From IMG/VR virus record IMGVR_UViG_3300049143_000045, positions 2,798 through 66,797 of that record: a DNA stretch of 64,000 nucleotides; one strand, given 5' to 3'. Below are positions 37,269-45,965 of this stretch, in pieces. This DNA comes from a virus. Its lineage: Duplodnaviria > Caudoviricetes. The notes beneath the pieces are model-generated. The model was not told where the DNA came from. It worked only from the letters and a program-made list of their open reading frames with translations, and did not search any database. How positions within the stretch are numbered: position 1 is the first letter of the stretch; each line of letters starts with the position of its first letter. A program made the position numbers and the translations under genes.

Positions 37269-37383
37269 CGGGTCTCCTTCTGTCCTGATCGGTTGTGCAG
37301 GGTTTGTGGAGCGGACGCTCCGGGCGGCCCTCCCAGGAGGGTGGGAGAGCACCCGCAACAGCCGCTGCGAGGCGGGGTCGGAA

Positions 37384-37543
37384 GGTAGCCAGACCGCCTA
37401 ACCCGGTTAGTGATCTACCTCGCGGGCGAGAAGCAGCCAACCGGGCCGCGACCTGCGGAAAGTGACGAGCGTTAGCCAGTGAAGAGGGTTAGCCGGGAGC
37501 CCCTGAAACCCTCGAAAACCGGGTTCCATGAAGAGGTCAGCCA
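37384..37543. repeat. Imperfect 8-bp direct repeats, clt-like
   Basis: GGTAGCCA 37384, GTTAGCCA 37471, GTTAGCCG 37488, GTCAGCCA 37536, directly after the TraB stop. Confidence 0.4.
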
Positions 37544-37545
37544 CC

Positions 37546-39705
37546 TCACTCACCCGAGCCGCGCTGCGCCCGCACCTGCCGCAGATCGGCCGGGTCAAGC
37601 CGCAACACGTTGCCCGTGTTCGTGACCCGCACCCCGTGCTCGCGCGTCAAAATGTCGCGCAACTCGGTGCCGGTCAGCCGCTGGTACGGCAGCCAGCTCG
37701 GCGCGAGCTTCCGCAGCAGGCCAGGGATGTCCGCCAGCCGGATCCGCTCATGCCCCAGCACCTCGTCCAGGTCGTCCAGCAGATCCCGCGGCTTCTCAAC
37801 CTCGACGGCCCTTGAGCTGAGACCGGCCTGCTCGCGGAGCCTCATCGCACGCTCCACCACCGCGCCGACCTCGCCCTCCGACACGTAGAAGCAGCGCAGC
37901 AGGGCGGGCTTAGCCTCGAAGCTCTTGCCCATGCACGTGCCGACGTCGCCCATGCCTTCGTCGGTCTTCGGCTCCAGGCCGACGGCGGAGATGCCCGCCT
38001 TGTAGGAGCCGGTGCCGAGCACGGCATCATTGGACTGCTGGTCGCCGATCGCGAAGCACGCCTTGTTGGAGATGACCGTCATCAGCTTGCGCGGCAGAGA
38101 CGCTGATGACGGCTCCGGCGTAGCGAAAATCATCGTGTAGCCGTACTTGCGGGCCGCGTTGAGCAGCCTCACCGCGAGGCTGATGGCCTCCTCGCCGTAC
38201 TCCTCGTGCATGAACAGCGCCTGGCACTCGTCCACCACGATGATCCGTGGGCGCAGACGCGCGTCCTTCTCGGCGACGGCATGGTTGACGGCGCGCACGC
38301 CGTGCTCCTGCAGCGCCTTGCCGCGCACGTCGAGGTCGGCGTACTCCTTGCGCAGCCTGTTGAGGCAGGCTTCTACGATCTCGTCGCCGGTGCCGGTCAG
38401 CAGGGTCCGCAGCCGCGGCCTGATCGGTTCGTAGTCGGCGTTGACGGCCATCACGAACACGTCCGCTTCGACCAGCGGGTCGAGGATCGCGCCGAGCAGC
38501 AGGTCGATGATGAGGGTGGACTTGCCGGACCCCATCATCCCGGCGAGCGCGTAGTTCGCCTCGGACAGGCGGCCGATGATGGTCTTGCCGCGGATGTTGA
38601 CGCCCACCGGAACGCCCACGAAGTAGTCGGTGGTGCCCTCGTGGAGGAGGGGCCACGGGTCTACTGGTCCGGTGAGTGCGCCCTGGTCGGCGACCCACAG
38701 GTCCATGACGCCGGGCTTTGGTTCGGTCGGCCACACCTCGATCGGGAAGCGAACGAGGTTGTGGGCGAGCAGCTTCTTCTTCTGGTTGATCATTTCGACG
38801 GTGACGCCGGCGGGGAGTTCCAGCTGGGTGCGGTAGCCCTTGCCGTCGCGGTGGGTGGGCATCGGAAAGCGGGGACGCCACCCGTCCTTGAACGCCTTGT
38901 TGAGGGTGCTGATGTTGAGGTTGCGCAGGGCGTTGAGGATGGCACCCTCGTCGGGGATGACGTCGCGTCCTTCGGGGTCGTCGTCCGCGGACCCGACCAG
39001 CCATGTCGGTGTGCCAGCGCGGCGCCCCTCCTTCCACGCGGCGACCAGCACGGCGATCGGCGCCCCGACCGTCAGCGCAGGCCACAGCCACGCCAGGACG
39101 GTCAGCACGGCCTTGATGAGCCCGCCGACCCACAGCCACACCGCGCCGAATGAGCCCACCCCCGTGGCCCATACAGCGATGCTGAGCAGCAGCATGAGCA
39201 CGAGGAAACCGACGATGCTGATCGCGGCCACCTTGAGGATCCCGAGCACCTTCACCGGCAAGTCCATCAGCCGCGAGTGCCGCTGGTCAGCTGCCCGCTG
39301 CTTGAGCTCGATCCACTTGACCAGCGCCTCCTGGTCGCCCATTGCTTCGGCGGCGCGGATCTGCCGCCGGTAGACGCCGAGGGTGAGGCCGTCCCAGGCG
39401 CGCACCCACCAGGAGTGCCAGCCCTGCGCGATGGTGACGGTGGTGGCGACGGCACCCTGCGCGACCGCCGCAGTGCCCGGCGAGGGGCGGACCGCGATCT
39501 GACGCCCGGCGATCCGGACAGGAAGCCGCAGGCCAGGCGCGTCGTCGACGACTTCGCCCTCGTAAATCTTCTCCTCAAGCTCGCGGCTGGTGCGCGGCTC
39601 CAGTTCGGTGCTCATCTCGCCGTCTTCCGGGCGGGGCAGGGGCAGGTCTGGGGCGTCGGCGCTGTCGCGGACGAGGTACAGGGCGCGTTCCTGGATTTCG
39701 CTCAC
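37546..39705 (-). CDS. FtsK/SpoIIIE-family DNA translocase, TraB/TraSA-like
   Basis: N-terminal TM segments, Walker A AGMMGSGKST, Walker B IIVVDECQ, C-terminal wHTH-like domain; GTG 39705. Confidence 0.9.
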   Translation of the reverse strand: MSEIQERALYLVRDSADAPDLPLPRPEDGEMSTELEPRTSRELEEKIYEGEVVDDAPGLRLPVRIAGRQIAVRPSPGTAAVAQGAVATTVTIAQGWHSWWVRAWDGLTLGVYRRQIRAAEAMGDQEALVKWIELKQRAADQRHSRLMDLPVKVLGILKVAAISIVGFLVLMLLLSIAVWATGVGSFGAVWLWVGGLIKAVLTVLAWLWPALTVGAPIAVLVAAWKEGRRAGTPTWLVGSADDDPEGRDVIPDEGAILNALRNLNISTLNKAFKDGWRPRFPMPTHRDGKGYRTQLELPAGVTVEMINQKKKLLAHNLVRFPIEVWPTEPKPGVMDLWVADQGALTGPVDPWPLLHEGTTDYFVGVPVGVNIRGKTIIGRLSEANYALAGMMGSGKSTLIIDLLLGAILDPLVEADVFVMAVNADYEPIRPRLRTLLTGTGDEIVEACLNRLRKEYADLDVRGKALQEHGVRAVNHAVAEKDARLRPRIIVVDECQALFMHEEYGEEAISLAVRLLNAARKYGYTMIFATPEPSSASLPRKLMTVISNKACFAIGDQQSNDAVLGTGSYKAGISAVGLEPKTDEGMGDVGTCMGKSFEAKPALLRCFYVSEGEVGAVVERAMRLREQAGLSSRAVEVEKPRDLLDDLDEVLGHERIRLADIPGLLRKLAPSWLPYQRLTGTELRDILTREHGVRVTNTGNVLRLDPADLRQVRAQRGSGE

Positions 39706-40022
39706 TGGAGCACCGCCCTCGCGCTGGTGGTGCGGTAGACCCGCAGGTGCCGGCCGTCCATGGCAAGCCAGGAGGCGAGGCGGACGGCGATCCAGGCGAC
39801 GATGACGCTGGCGAGGTAGAGGGCGGTGCGGGCCGCGTACCAGGCCACCACGAACGGCGGGTCGACGAGCACCTGGAGCAGCCACCATGCCCGCTGCCGC
39901 CAGGTGGAGCGGCGGACGGCGGCGTAGAGCTGGCTGGCGGTGCGGTCATCCGCCTGCGGCTTGCAGATCGACGCGAGCGTGAGCAGGGCGAACACGAGCA
40001 CGAGCGTCAGGGCGGAGTTCAT
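39702..40022 (-). CDS. Membrane protein, Spd-like
   Basis: Hydrophobic ORF coupled to TraB. Confidence 0.55.
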   Translation of the reverse strand: MNSALTLVLVFALLTLASICKPQADDRTASQLYAAVRRSTWRQRAWWLLQVLVDPPFVVAWYAARTALYLASVIVAWIAVRLASWLAMDGRHLRVYRTTSARAVLQ

Positions 40023-40261
40023 CGGAGCTCACCTCTCATACGCGCGCGTTCGATGCGGCGCGCCGTGCGGTAGCCGAAGAGGACGGACACGGTCAGGAGT
40101 GACGCCACGAGGGCGACGGCGGCGGGCAGCACCAACGCGGTCACGAACGTGAGCGCGACGACGGCGGCGAAGTACGCCAGCATTTCGAGAAGGTCAAGGA
40201 TGATGTAGGCGAGGACCCTTGCCGCGACCCTCATAGCCGCGAACACCACGGCGCTGCTCAC
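40019..40261 (-). CDS. Membrane protein, Spd-like
   Basis: Hydrophobic 80-aa coupled ORF. Confidence 0.55.
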   Translation of the reverse strand: MSSAVVFAAMRVAARVLAYIILDLLEMLAYFAAVVALTFVTALVLPAAVALVASLLTVSVLFGYRTARRIERARMRGELR

Positions 40262-41622
40262 GCTTCAGCCCTCCTTTTCGACTCGAGGGCGCGCCTGGTG
40301 CGGCCGTCCATCTCAGCCAGCCACTGCCGCGCCTTCTTCGCCCCCCACTGGGGGCTGCACCTGCCGGCCGCGGCCAACTCGGCGCCGTTGGGGATACGCC
40401 GCTCTACCTCGACGATCTCCTGCCAGCGACGCCACATCGCGTCGGTGGCGCGTGTTTCATTCGCGGTTTCATCACCGGTTTCGGCGGCATCCTGCGGAGG
40501 CGTGTCGCGCAACCTGTCGATCAACTCGTCGATGTCGCCAGGCGAAACCTCGACCTCAACACCGCGGACCGTTTCACCCGGCGTTTCGATCGAAGGCAGT
40601 TCGCGACCTTCCAGGCGGGCGATGTAGGCGGCCATCGACTGGATCGCAGCTTGCGTTTCGGGGTCGCGCTGCGCCTGGATGGCTGTCGTCCACTCCCGCA
40701 TCGCGTCGGCCAGCTTCACGGCTTCGTGGTGCTTGGCGGCGCCGGTGACGGCGGGGTGGTCGATGTGCGCCCACGGGGCAACCTCTGGCAGGTCGAGGAG
40801 ACTGGCCCCGCCGTACAGGGCGGTGATCTGGTCGAGCAGCGCCCACTGCATGCGCTCGTCGCGCGGCAGCCCGGTGTGCTCGACCGCCTTGTCCAGCGCC
40901 CGATCCAGCTTGGCCATCGCGGCGCGCAGCTTGCGGTCGGAGACGCCCTGATCGCGCAGCGCCCGCGCCTTCTTGGCGGCCAGGGCCACGCGGGTCAGCC
41001 TGCGGTGCGCGTCGACCTCGGAGGCGCTGCGGTCCTTAGCTTCGGCCAGACCGAGCCAGACCAGCGCACGCTCAGGGGTGATCCGCCAGTGGATGCCGGA
41101 CAGGCCAGTGACGCGGCGCCGCTCCAACCGCATGCCGCGCTCCCACAACCACGCCGCAACGAGCGGGGCGGCAAGCCTGAACACGACCTCGCCGAAGTTG
41201 CGCGCGTCGATCGCGGAAAGAGCGGCGGTGAGGCAGGCGAGCGCCCACACGGCGACCCCGTCGACGCCAGCCGAGTAGTTGTCGCGCATCGACTTGCGGG
41301 CGCGCAACGCGGAGATGACGATGGCGCCTTCGATGAACGCGAAGCCGAGGACCCGCATGGGGCCGTCGACGCCGAGAACGTCGGCGAAGAACTTCCACAT
41401 GCCTTGGGCGGAGACGCTGGTGGCGATGCCCGCCATGACCCAGGTCAGCCAGTCTTCGGGCGCGTGCCTCTTGACGGTGGTGCGGGGCTTGCGTGCTCGC
41501 CGTGCTGCGCGGGCTGCGTTGACCGCGGCTCGGGCGAGGATCCAGGTGGCGGTGAGGGCGCAGACTCCGCCGACGATCCACACCACCCAGGTGGGTGGAA
41601 GGTAGGCATCCATATCGTTCAC
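40258..41622 (-). CDS. DUF2637/SpdB2-like multi-TM spreading protein with C-terminal HTH
   Basis: About 4-5 TM helices, basic coiled coil, C-terminal IPNGAELAAAGRCSPQWG HTH-like segment; in TraB operon. Confidence 0.65.
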   Translation of the reverse strand: MNDMDAYLPPTWVVWIVGGVCALTATWILARAAVNAARAARRARKPRTTVKRHAPEDWLTWVMAGIATSVSAQGMWKFFADVLGVDGPMRVLGFAFIEGAIVISALRARKSMRDNYSAGVDGVAVWALACLTAALSAIDARNFGEVVFRLAAPLVAAWLWERGMRLERRRVTGLSGIHWRITPERALVWLGLAEAKDRSASEVDAHRRLTRVALAAKKARALRDQGVSDRKLRAAMAKLDRALDKAVEHTGLPRDERMQWALLDQITALYGGASLLDLPEVAPWAHIDHPAVTGAAKHHEAVKLADAMREWTTAIQAQRDPETQAAIQSMAAYIARLEGRELPSIETPGETVRGVEVEVSPGDIDELIDRLRDTPPQDAAETGDETANETRATDAMWRRWQEIVEVERRIPNGAELAAAGRCSPQWGAKKARQWLAEMDGRTRRALESKRRAEA

Positions 41623-41762
41623 TGCTCCGTTTCCGGGTGCTGCAGGTGCGGTGGTTTGGTGGCCCGGCGCGGGCTGCTGGGCTGGGTGTGGTGCCCGCGC
41701 CGGGCGGCTGGTTGGGTGGCCCCGCCCCCGTCCCTCCAGATCCCAGGGCGGGACCACCCGGT

Positions 41763-42011
41763 CTATGAGGCGCGGCGGGCGGCTTCTGCCAGATCGGCCA
41801 TGTCGTACGGAGGCCGGCGCATGCGGTGCACGGTCGGGCGCGCCCGATCAGCGGCTGCTTCGATCTGGGTGTGGATGGCGAGCAGCGCGTGGCCGATGCC
41901 GAGGAGGGAGGCGCGGACGGCGACCATGTCGCCTTCGTGGGTGGAGTGGTAGCTGCTGGCCAGGTGCAGGTAGTCGGCGGCCTGCTCGGCGTGGGTGTCG
42001 TGCTGGCACAT
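41763..42011 (-). CDS. Hypothetical protein
   Basis: 82-aa ORF in the leftward operon. Confidence 0.5.
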   Translation of the reverse strand: MCQHDTHAEQAADYLHLASSYHSTHEGDMVAVRASLLGIGHALLAIHTQIEAAADRARPTVHRMRRPPYDMADLAEAARRAS

Positions 42012-42027
42012 GTCGGATCCCTCAGGG

Positions 42028-42291
42028 TTAGGCGGTTCGGTTACGACGCCAGTCGGCGAGCTGGACGACGGTGGCGGGCTGCGACGGGGTGGCGATGGGC
42101 CGCTGGTATCCGGCCGACTTCAGGAGCTCGATGTCCTCGCGCCTGCTGTCGATCACCTGCTGTCGCAAGACGACCATCTGCCTCTTCACGTCGACGATCT
42201 GCTGCTTGAGCTCCTCGAACAGCTCCATGTACGCGCGGTCACAGCTCATGTGGCGCTCACCCTGGGCGGCAGCGGCCGTAGACTCGTTCAC
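42028..42291 (-). CDS. Hypothetical coiled-coil protein
   Basis: AGGAGG RBS; ends VVQLADWRRNRTA. Confidence 0.55.
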   Translation of the reverse strand: MNESTAAAAQGERHMSCDRAYMELFEELKQQIVDVKRQMVVLRQQVIDSRREDIELLKSAGYQRPIATPSQPATVVQLADWRRNRTA

Positions 42292-42378
42292 CGGATCTCT
42301 CCTCCTGTAGGCAGGTGGTGGGGATCAAGGGCGGGTCTTGGTGTTCCAGCACCGGACTCGCCCGTTTGCGTCTGCGGG

Positions 42379-42672
42379 CTACGAGGCCGACAGCTGAGAC
42401 TCGGCAAGCCACTGGGCGGCGAACTCGTCGACGTCAACGGGGCGACCGGAGTTGATCTCGGCGGCCAGGTCGTCGACGAACCGCGTCAGGATTTTGATGG
42501 AGCGGCCGAACTTGCGGCCGGGAAATCGGTTGGCGTGGTAGCGGCGGTAGACGCTGAGCGGGCTTACGCCGAGGAGGTCGGCGGTGTCCTTGACGGGCAA
42601 GTACGGCGGGCGCTTCGCGCTCCCGTTTATCTCCTGGCTCACGTCATCCGTAGGGCGCTGGGTGCTCTGCAT
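42379..42672 (-). CDS. Xis-like HTH DNA-binding protein
   Basis: LPVKDTADLLGVSPLSVYRR...GRKFGRSIKI. Confidence 0.75.
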   Translation of the reverse strand: MQSTQRPTDDVSQEINGSAKRPPYLPVKDTADLLGVSPLSVYRRYHANRFPGRKFGRSIKILTRFVDDLAAEINSGRPVDVDEFAAQWLAESQLSAS

Positions 42673-42730
42673 GCTCTGGACAATATAAGGACTACGTAGT
42701 GGCTGCAAGGCTGAGTAAGCGGATCTAACC

Positions 42731-42762
42731 AAAAAGAAAGCCCCCGGCGAGGCCGAGGGCTT
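42731..42762 (-). terminator. Intrinsic terminator after GntR
   Basis: Minus strand AAGCCCTCGGC...CCGGGGGCTTTCTTTTT. Confidence 0.7.
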
Positions 42763-42779
42763 GGACGTAGCGGAGGACT

Positions 42780-43493
42780 TCAGGAGACAGGTTGGCGGTA
42801 TCGCACCTGGTAGAGGTGCGCACCCTTGATCATGATGGACGCCTCCACGGGCTCGCCGGCTGGCCCATAGATCACGCGGAACTGGCGGATCACCGGGACG
42901 CCAGGCAGATCCAGCAACTCGACCTCCTCCGTCGTCGGCATGCGCGCCGAGATCGTGTCCACCATGTCCGTCTCGGCATGCCCCAGCTCGGCGAGGACCC
43001 GCGGCGCGCCACCCTTGATCTTCGCCTTGGCTTCCAGCGCAGTACCCTCGGCGATCTCGACGGGATAGAACGACCAGTCCAGCTCGACCGGCCGGTCGTT
43101 GTGCCGCAGCAGTCGCTTGCGCAGGAGCGCCACGCTGGCCTCCGGCAAGCCGAGCGCATCCCGGACCTCGCCGGGAGGCTGCTCCCGACCCACCTGCAGA
43201 AGCTCGTAGCTGTAGCCACCCGGAGACGGCGCAAAGTAGGAGGAGACGTCCACGATGAACGGCTGCCGGTTCTCCACGAAGACGCCCTTACCTCGGCGAC
43301 TCGACAGGAACCCCTCGCTCTTCAGCGCGTCGACCGCCCGCTGGATGGTGGGATTGGACGCATCGAATTCCTCGACCAGCTGCGAGTTGCTCGGTAGCTG
43401 GTCGCCTGGCTTGAGGTCGCCCGCCATGATCCTGGCCCTCAACTCGGCGGCGACCCGATCGGAAAGAAGCCGCGTGTCCTCGCGCTTCGCCAT
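42780..43493 (-). CDS. GntR-family regulator with UTRA domain (KorSA/TraR-like)
   Basis: LKPGDQLPS...SNPTIQRAVDALKSEG...GKGVFV plus UTRA domain. Confidence 0.9.
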   Translation of the reverse strand: MAKREDTRLLSDRVAAELRARIMAGDLKPGDQLPSNSQLVEEFDASNPTIQRAVDALKSEGFLSSRRGKGVFVENRQPFIVDVSSYFAPSPGGYSYELLQVGREQPPGEVRDALGLPEASVALLRKRLLRHNDRPVELDWSFYPVEIAEGTALEAKAKIKGGAPRVLAELGHAETDMVDTISARMPTTEEVELLDLPGVPVIRQFRVIYGPAGEPVEASIMIKGAHLYQVRYRQPVS

Positions 43494-43497
43494 GCGG

Positions 43498-44034
43498 TTA
43501 CCCGACCTTCAACTGGTAGCTGAGGGCTCGCCCCTCGGGCAGCATCGCCATGTCCGTCACCTCGAAGGGGACGCCGTCAGCGTCGAGCGTGACCCGCAGC
43601 AGCGTGAGTAGGGGAGCGCCCTCCTCCACGCCAAGTAGTTCCGCCTCCGCTCCGGTTGCCCGCCGAGCGCTGACGTCCTCGTGAACGTCATGCACCACAT
43701 GGCCGAGTTCGGCGAGCAGCGTCACCGCGCCGCCCTTGATCTTCTCGGGGCGGCTCAAGGCTGTGCCGTCGGCAATCGACGGGGGGTACCAGGAATCGGC
43801 CAACTCGACCGGCCGGTCGTCCAAGAGGATCAGGCGTCGGCGCACCACAGCCTCTATGTCAGGGGCGATCTGTAGGCCGGCCGCTACATGTGCCGGGGGT
43901 CGAGCATGACCTACCTCGAGCAGGCGCTGCCCTCCTGAGTGCCCTGCGGCTGCGGCTTCCTCGGACCACGCGTCACCGCGGCCCTCACGCCGGGGCGTTA
44001 CGTAAGGCGTTGAGCTGGCTGTCCACACAGGCAC
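43498..44034 (-). CDS. UTRA-domain protein lacking the HTH
   Basis: VVRRRLILLDDRPVELADSWYP...KIKGGA; clear paralog of the UTRA half of the next gene. Confidence 0.8.
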   Translation of the reverse strand: MPVWTASSTPYVTPRREGRGDAWSEEAAAAGHSGGQRLLEVGHARPPAHVAAGLQIAPDIEAVVRRRLILLDDRPVELADSWYPPSIADGTALSRPEKIKGGAVTLLAELGHVVHDVHEDVSARRATGAEAELLGVEEGAPLLTLLRVTLDADGVPFEVTDMAMLPEGRALSYQLKVG

Positions 44035-44400
44035 TCCTCTCGATCGAGACGTGCCTCAACCTTATAAGAGAACCGTTAAAGCAACATGGTGTGGATCAGC
44101 CGCCCACAGCATGTGGATGATGCGGGCGGCCTCCCACCGTCCGGTCATCCGTCCGCGAACTGGAGGGTGGAAGGCCGCCCCTGGCCGGCTGTCGCAGCGA
44201 CTGCGCTCGCTGGACGGCCGGGGCTTATCTCATGCTGGTGTCAAGCCGCTCACGGAAGCATGGCTTGATCGACTGTCCGGCATGTGTGAAAAATGAGGGT
44301 GCGGCAGCAAATAGCGCACCCGTCGCAAGGGAACACCATCGCTGCCGCACCCGGTCTTACACCTCCACCCTCGTGGAGGTAGCTTGATCGCAGCTGTGCC

Positions 44401-44439
44401 ATGCCCGGTCATGCCCGGTCACGATATGGCATGCCCGGT
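44401..44439 (+). repeat. Helically phased direct repeats, operator candidate
   Basis: ATGCCCGGT at 44401, 44411, 44431, upstream of small GntR. Confidence 0.55.
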
Positions 44440-44482
44440 GCGAGACGTTTAGGCACTGGCATGCGCCACTACGGTCTCTCCC

Positions 44483-44752
44483 ATGATCAAATGGGAGAGA
44501 GGGGAAGCCGTCTGGGATGGGGACAGAGCTGTGTGGAAGCAGGTCGCCGACGAGCTCCGCAACCGCATCAAAGACGGCGTCTACCGCCCCAGGAACGCCA
44601 TCCCCAGCCTCACCTCGCTGGTCGAAGAGTTCGGCATCGCGCGCAACACGGTCCGCAAAGTCGTCGAGCACCTGGAGCGTGAAGGCTACGTCCGCCGCGA
44701 GATGGGCGTCGGCACGTTCGTCACCCCCAAGGATGAGTGGCCGAAGCAGTAG
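44483..44752 (+). CDS. Small GntR winged-helix-only regulator
   Basis: WKQVADELRNRI...IPSLTSLVEEFGIARNTVRK...GVGTFV. Confidence 0.9.
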   Translation: MIKWERGEAVWDGDRAVWKQVADELRNRIKDGVYRPRNAIPSLTSLVEEFGIARNTVRKVVEHLEREGYVRREMGVGTFVTPKDEWPKQ

Positions 44753-44754
44753 CG

Positions 44755-44970
44755 TCACGGCACAACGCCCGACAGCCGCAGCTCCTCCTCGCGCAGACGG
44801 TCGCGCAGCTGCGCGACGCCGTCGCCCTCGAGGAACAACTTCGCCCCCGCCTTGATCTCGGCGGTAGTCGGCAGGTCAGTACGCATCACCCATAGGCGGC
44901 TGGCGCCGGACTGGTTGAACTCCCAACGCGGGAATTCGTCCCGAAGCTCCTGCATGCTCTGTTGCGCCAT
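44755..44970 (-). CDS. Hypothetical protein divergent from XRE
   Basis: AGGAG RBS; 71 aa. Confidence 0.6.
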   Translation of the reverse strand: MAQQSMQELRDEFPRWEFNQSGASRLWVMRTDLPTTAEIKAGAKLFLEGDGVAQLRDRLREEELRLSGVVP

Positions 44971-45106
44971 GATGGGGTGACTCCTGTTATAGGGGAGGAT
45001 CTAGGCCATACTCTGAGTGCAGCAAGCAAAATGCAATAGGCGAAACGAAAAAGGCGAATAGTCCTGTATGTACCGCAAAGGGGCATCTCGTCACGAGGAG
45101 GCTGCA

Positions 45107-45955
45107 ATGACGTCATCAAGCCCGACGGTCAAGCGTCGCCGACTGTCAACAGAGCTCCGCAAACTCCGCGTCGCCGCAGGCCTCGAAGTCAAAGACGCCG
45201 CCCGCCGCCTCGAATGGGACCCCACCAAGATCCACCGCATGGAGCGCAACAAATGGCTGCGCCCCGACCCACGCGACGTCCGCGACCTACTCGACCTGTA
45301 CGGCCTCGCCGACGAACCCACCCGCGAAGCGATGCTCACCCTCGCCCGCGAATCCCGAGAACGCGGCTGGTGGGCCGACTACCAAGACGTCTTCCGCGGC
45401 TCACTGCCCGACTTCGAAGCCAGTGCCACCCTCATCCGCACCTACGAGGCCATGTTCGTGCCCGGCCTCCTGCAGACCGCGGACTACACGCGCGCCATCA
45501 TGCGCGCCGGCTGCTGCCTTGACGACGCCACCATCGAGCGCCGCGTCGAGGCGCGCCAGGGGCGGCAGGCGATCCTCGACCGCGATGCCCCGCCGCAACT
45601 GTGGGCGGTCATCGATGAGGCAGCCCTGCAGAAGATGGTGGGCGGCGCGGATGTGATGCGCGCGCAACTCGAGCACATTCTCAAACTCGCTGAGCGGCCG
45701 GACGTTGCCATTCAGGTGCTGCCGAACTCGGCGGGCGCGCACGCTGCTATGTGTGGCGGGTTCGTTGTACTTGACTTCGCTTCCGAACTCGACCCTAGCC
45801 TCGTAGTGATCGAGACTGCGACCGACAGCCTCTATCTTGAGCAGGCGGAGGAACTTCGTCGTTACACGGTGATTTACAGCCATGTGCAGGCACTCGCTCT
45901 TTCGGCTGCCGAGTCGGCGAAGTTTATGGAGTCGATGATCCGACAACTGCAGTAG
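45107..45955 (+). CDS. XRE HTH plus DUF5753 protein (WhiJ/Scr1-like)
   Basis: RRRLSTELRKLR...GWW..Y...VPGLLQTADY...LWAVIDEAAL. Confidence 0.92.
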   Translation: MTSSSPTVKRRRLSTELRKLRVAAGLEVKDAARRLEWDPTKIHRMERNKWLRPDPRDVRDLLDLYGLADEPTREAMLTLARESRERGWWADYQDVFRGSLPDFEASATLIRTYEAMFVPGLLQTADYTRAIMRAGCCLDDATIERRVEARQGRQAILDRDAPPQLWAVIDEAALQKMVGGADVMRAQLEHILKLAERPDVAIQVLPNSAGAHAAMCGGFVVLDFASELDPSLVVIETATDSLYLEQAEELRRYTVIYSHVQALALSAAESAKFMESMIRQLQ

Positions 45956-45965
45956 AGAGGCGAGG

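Larger units (their letters stand above)
35372..37359 (-). repeat. Six dispersed copies of a structured gene-leader repeat
   Basis: Plus-strand copies 35372-35431, 35879-35906, 36482-36542, 36796-36853, 37025-37077, 37306-37359; consensus GTGGAGC-N4/5-GCTCCGGG-(variable hairpin)-CRCCCGCAAC. Confidence 0.9.

Noticed and set aside
35372-37359. CRISPR array
   Set aside because: Repeats vary in length and sequence, intervals are 170-580 bp and contain ORFs with RBSs, and no cas genes are present.
35372-37359. Integron attC cassette array
   Set aside because: No RYYYAAC/GTTRRRY ends (GTTGCGG does not fit) and no IntI-type integrase; cassette-like behaviour stays a hypothesis.
33600-44800. Autonomous AICE inserted in the phage
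   Set aside because: No RepSA/RepAM or Prim-pol gene, no second integrase and no flanking att duplication were found by eye.
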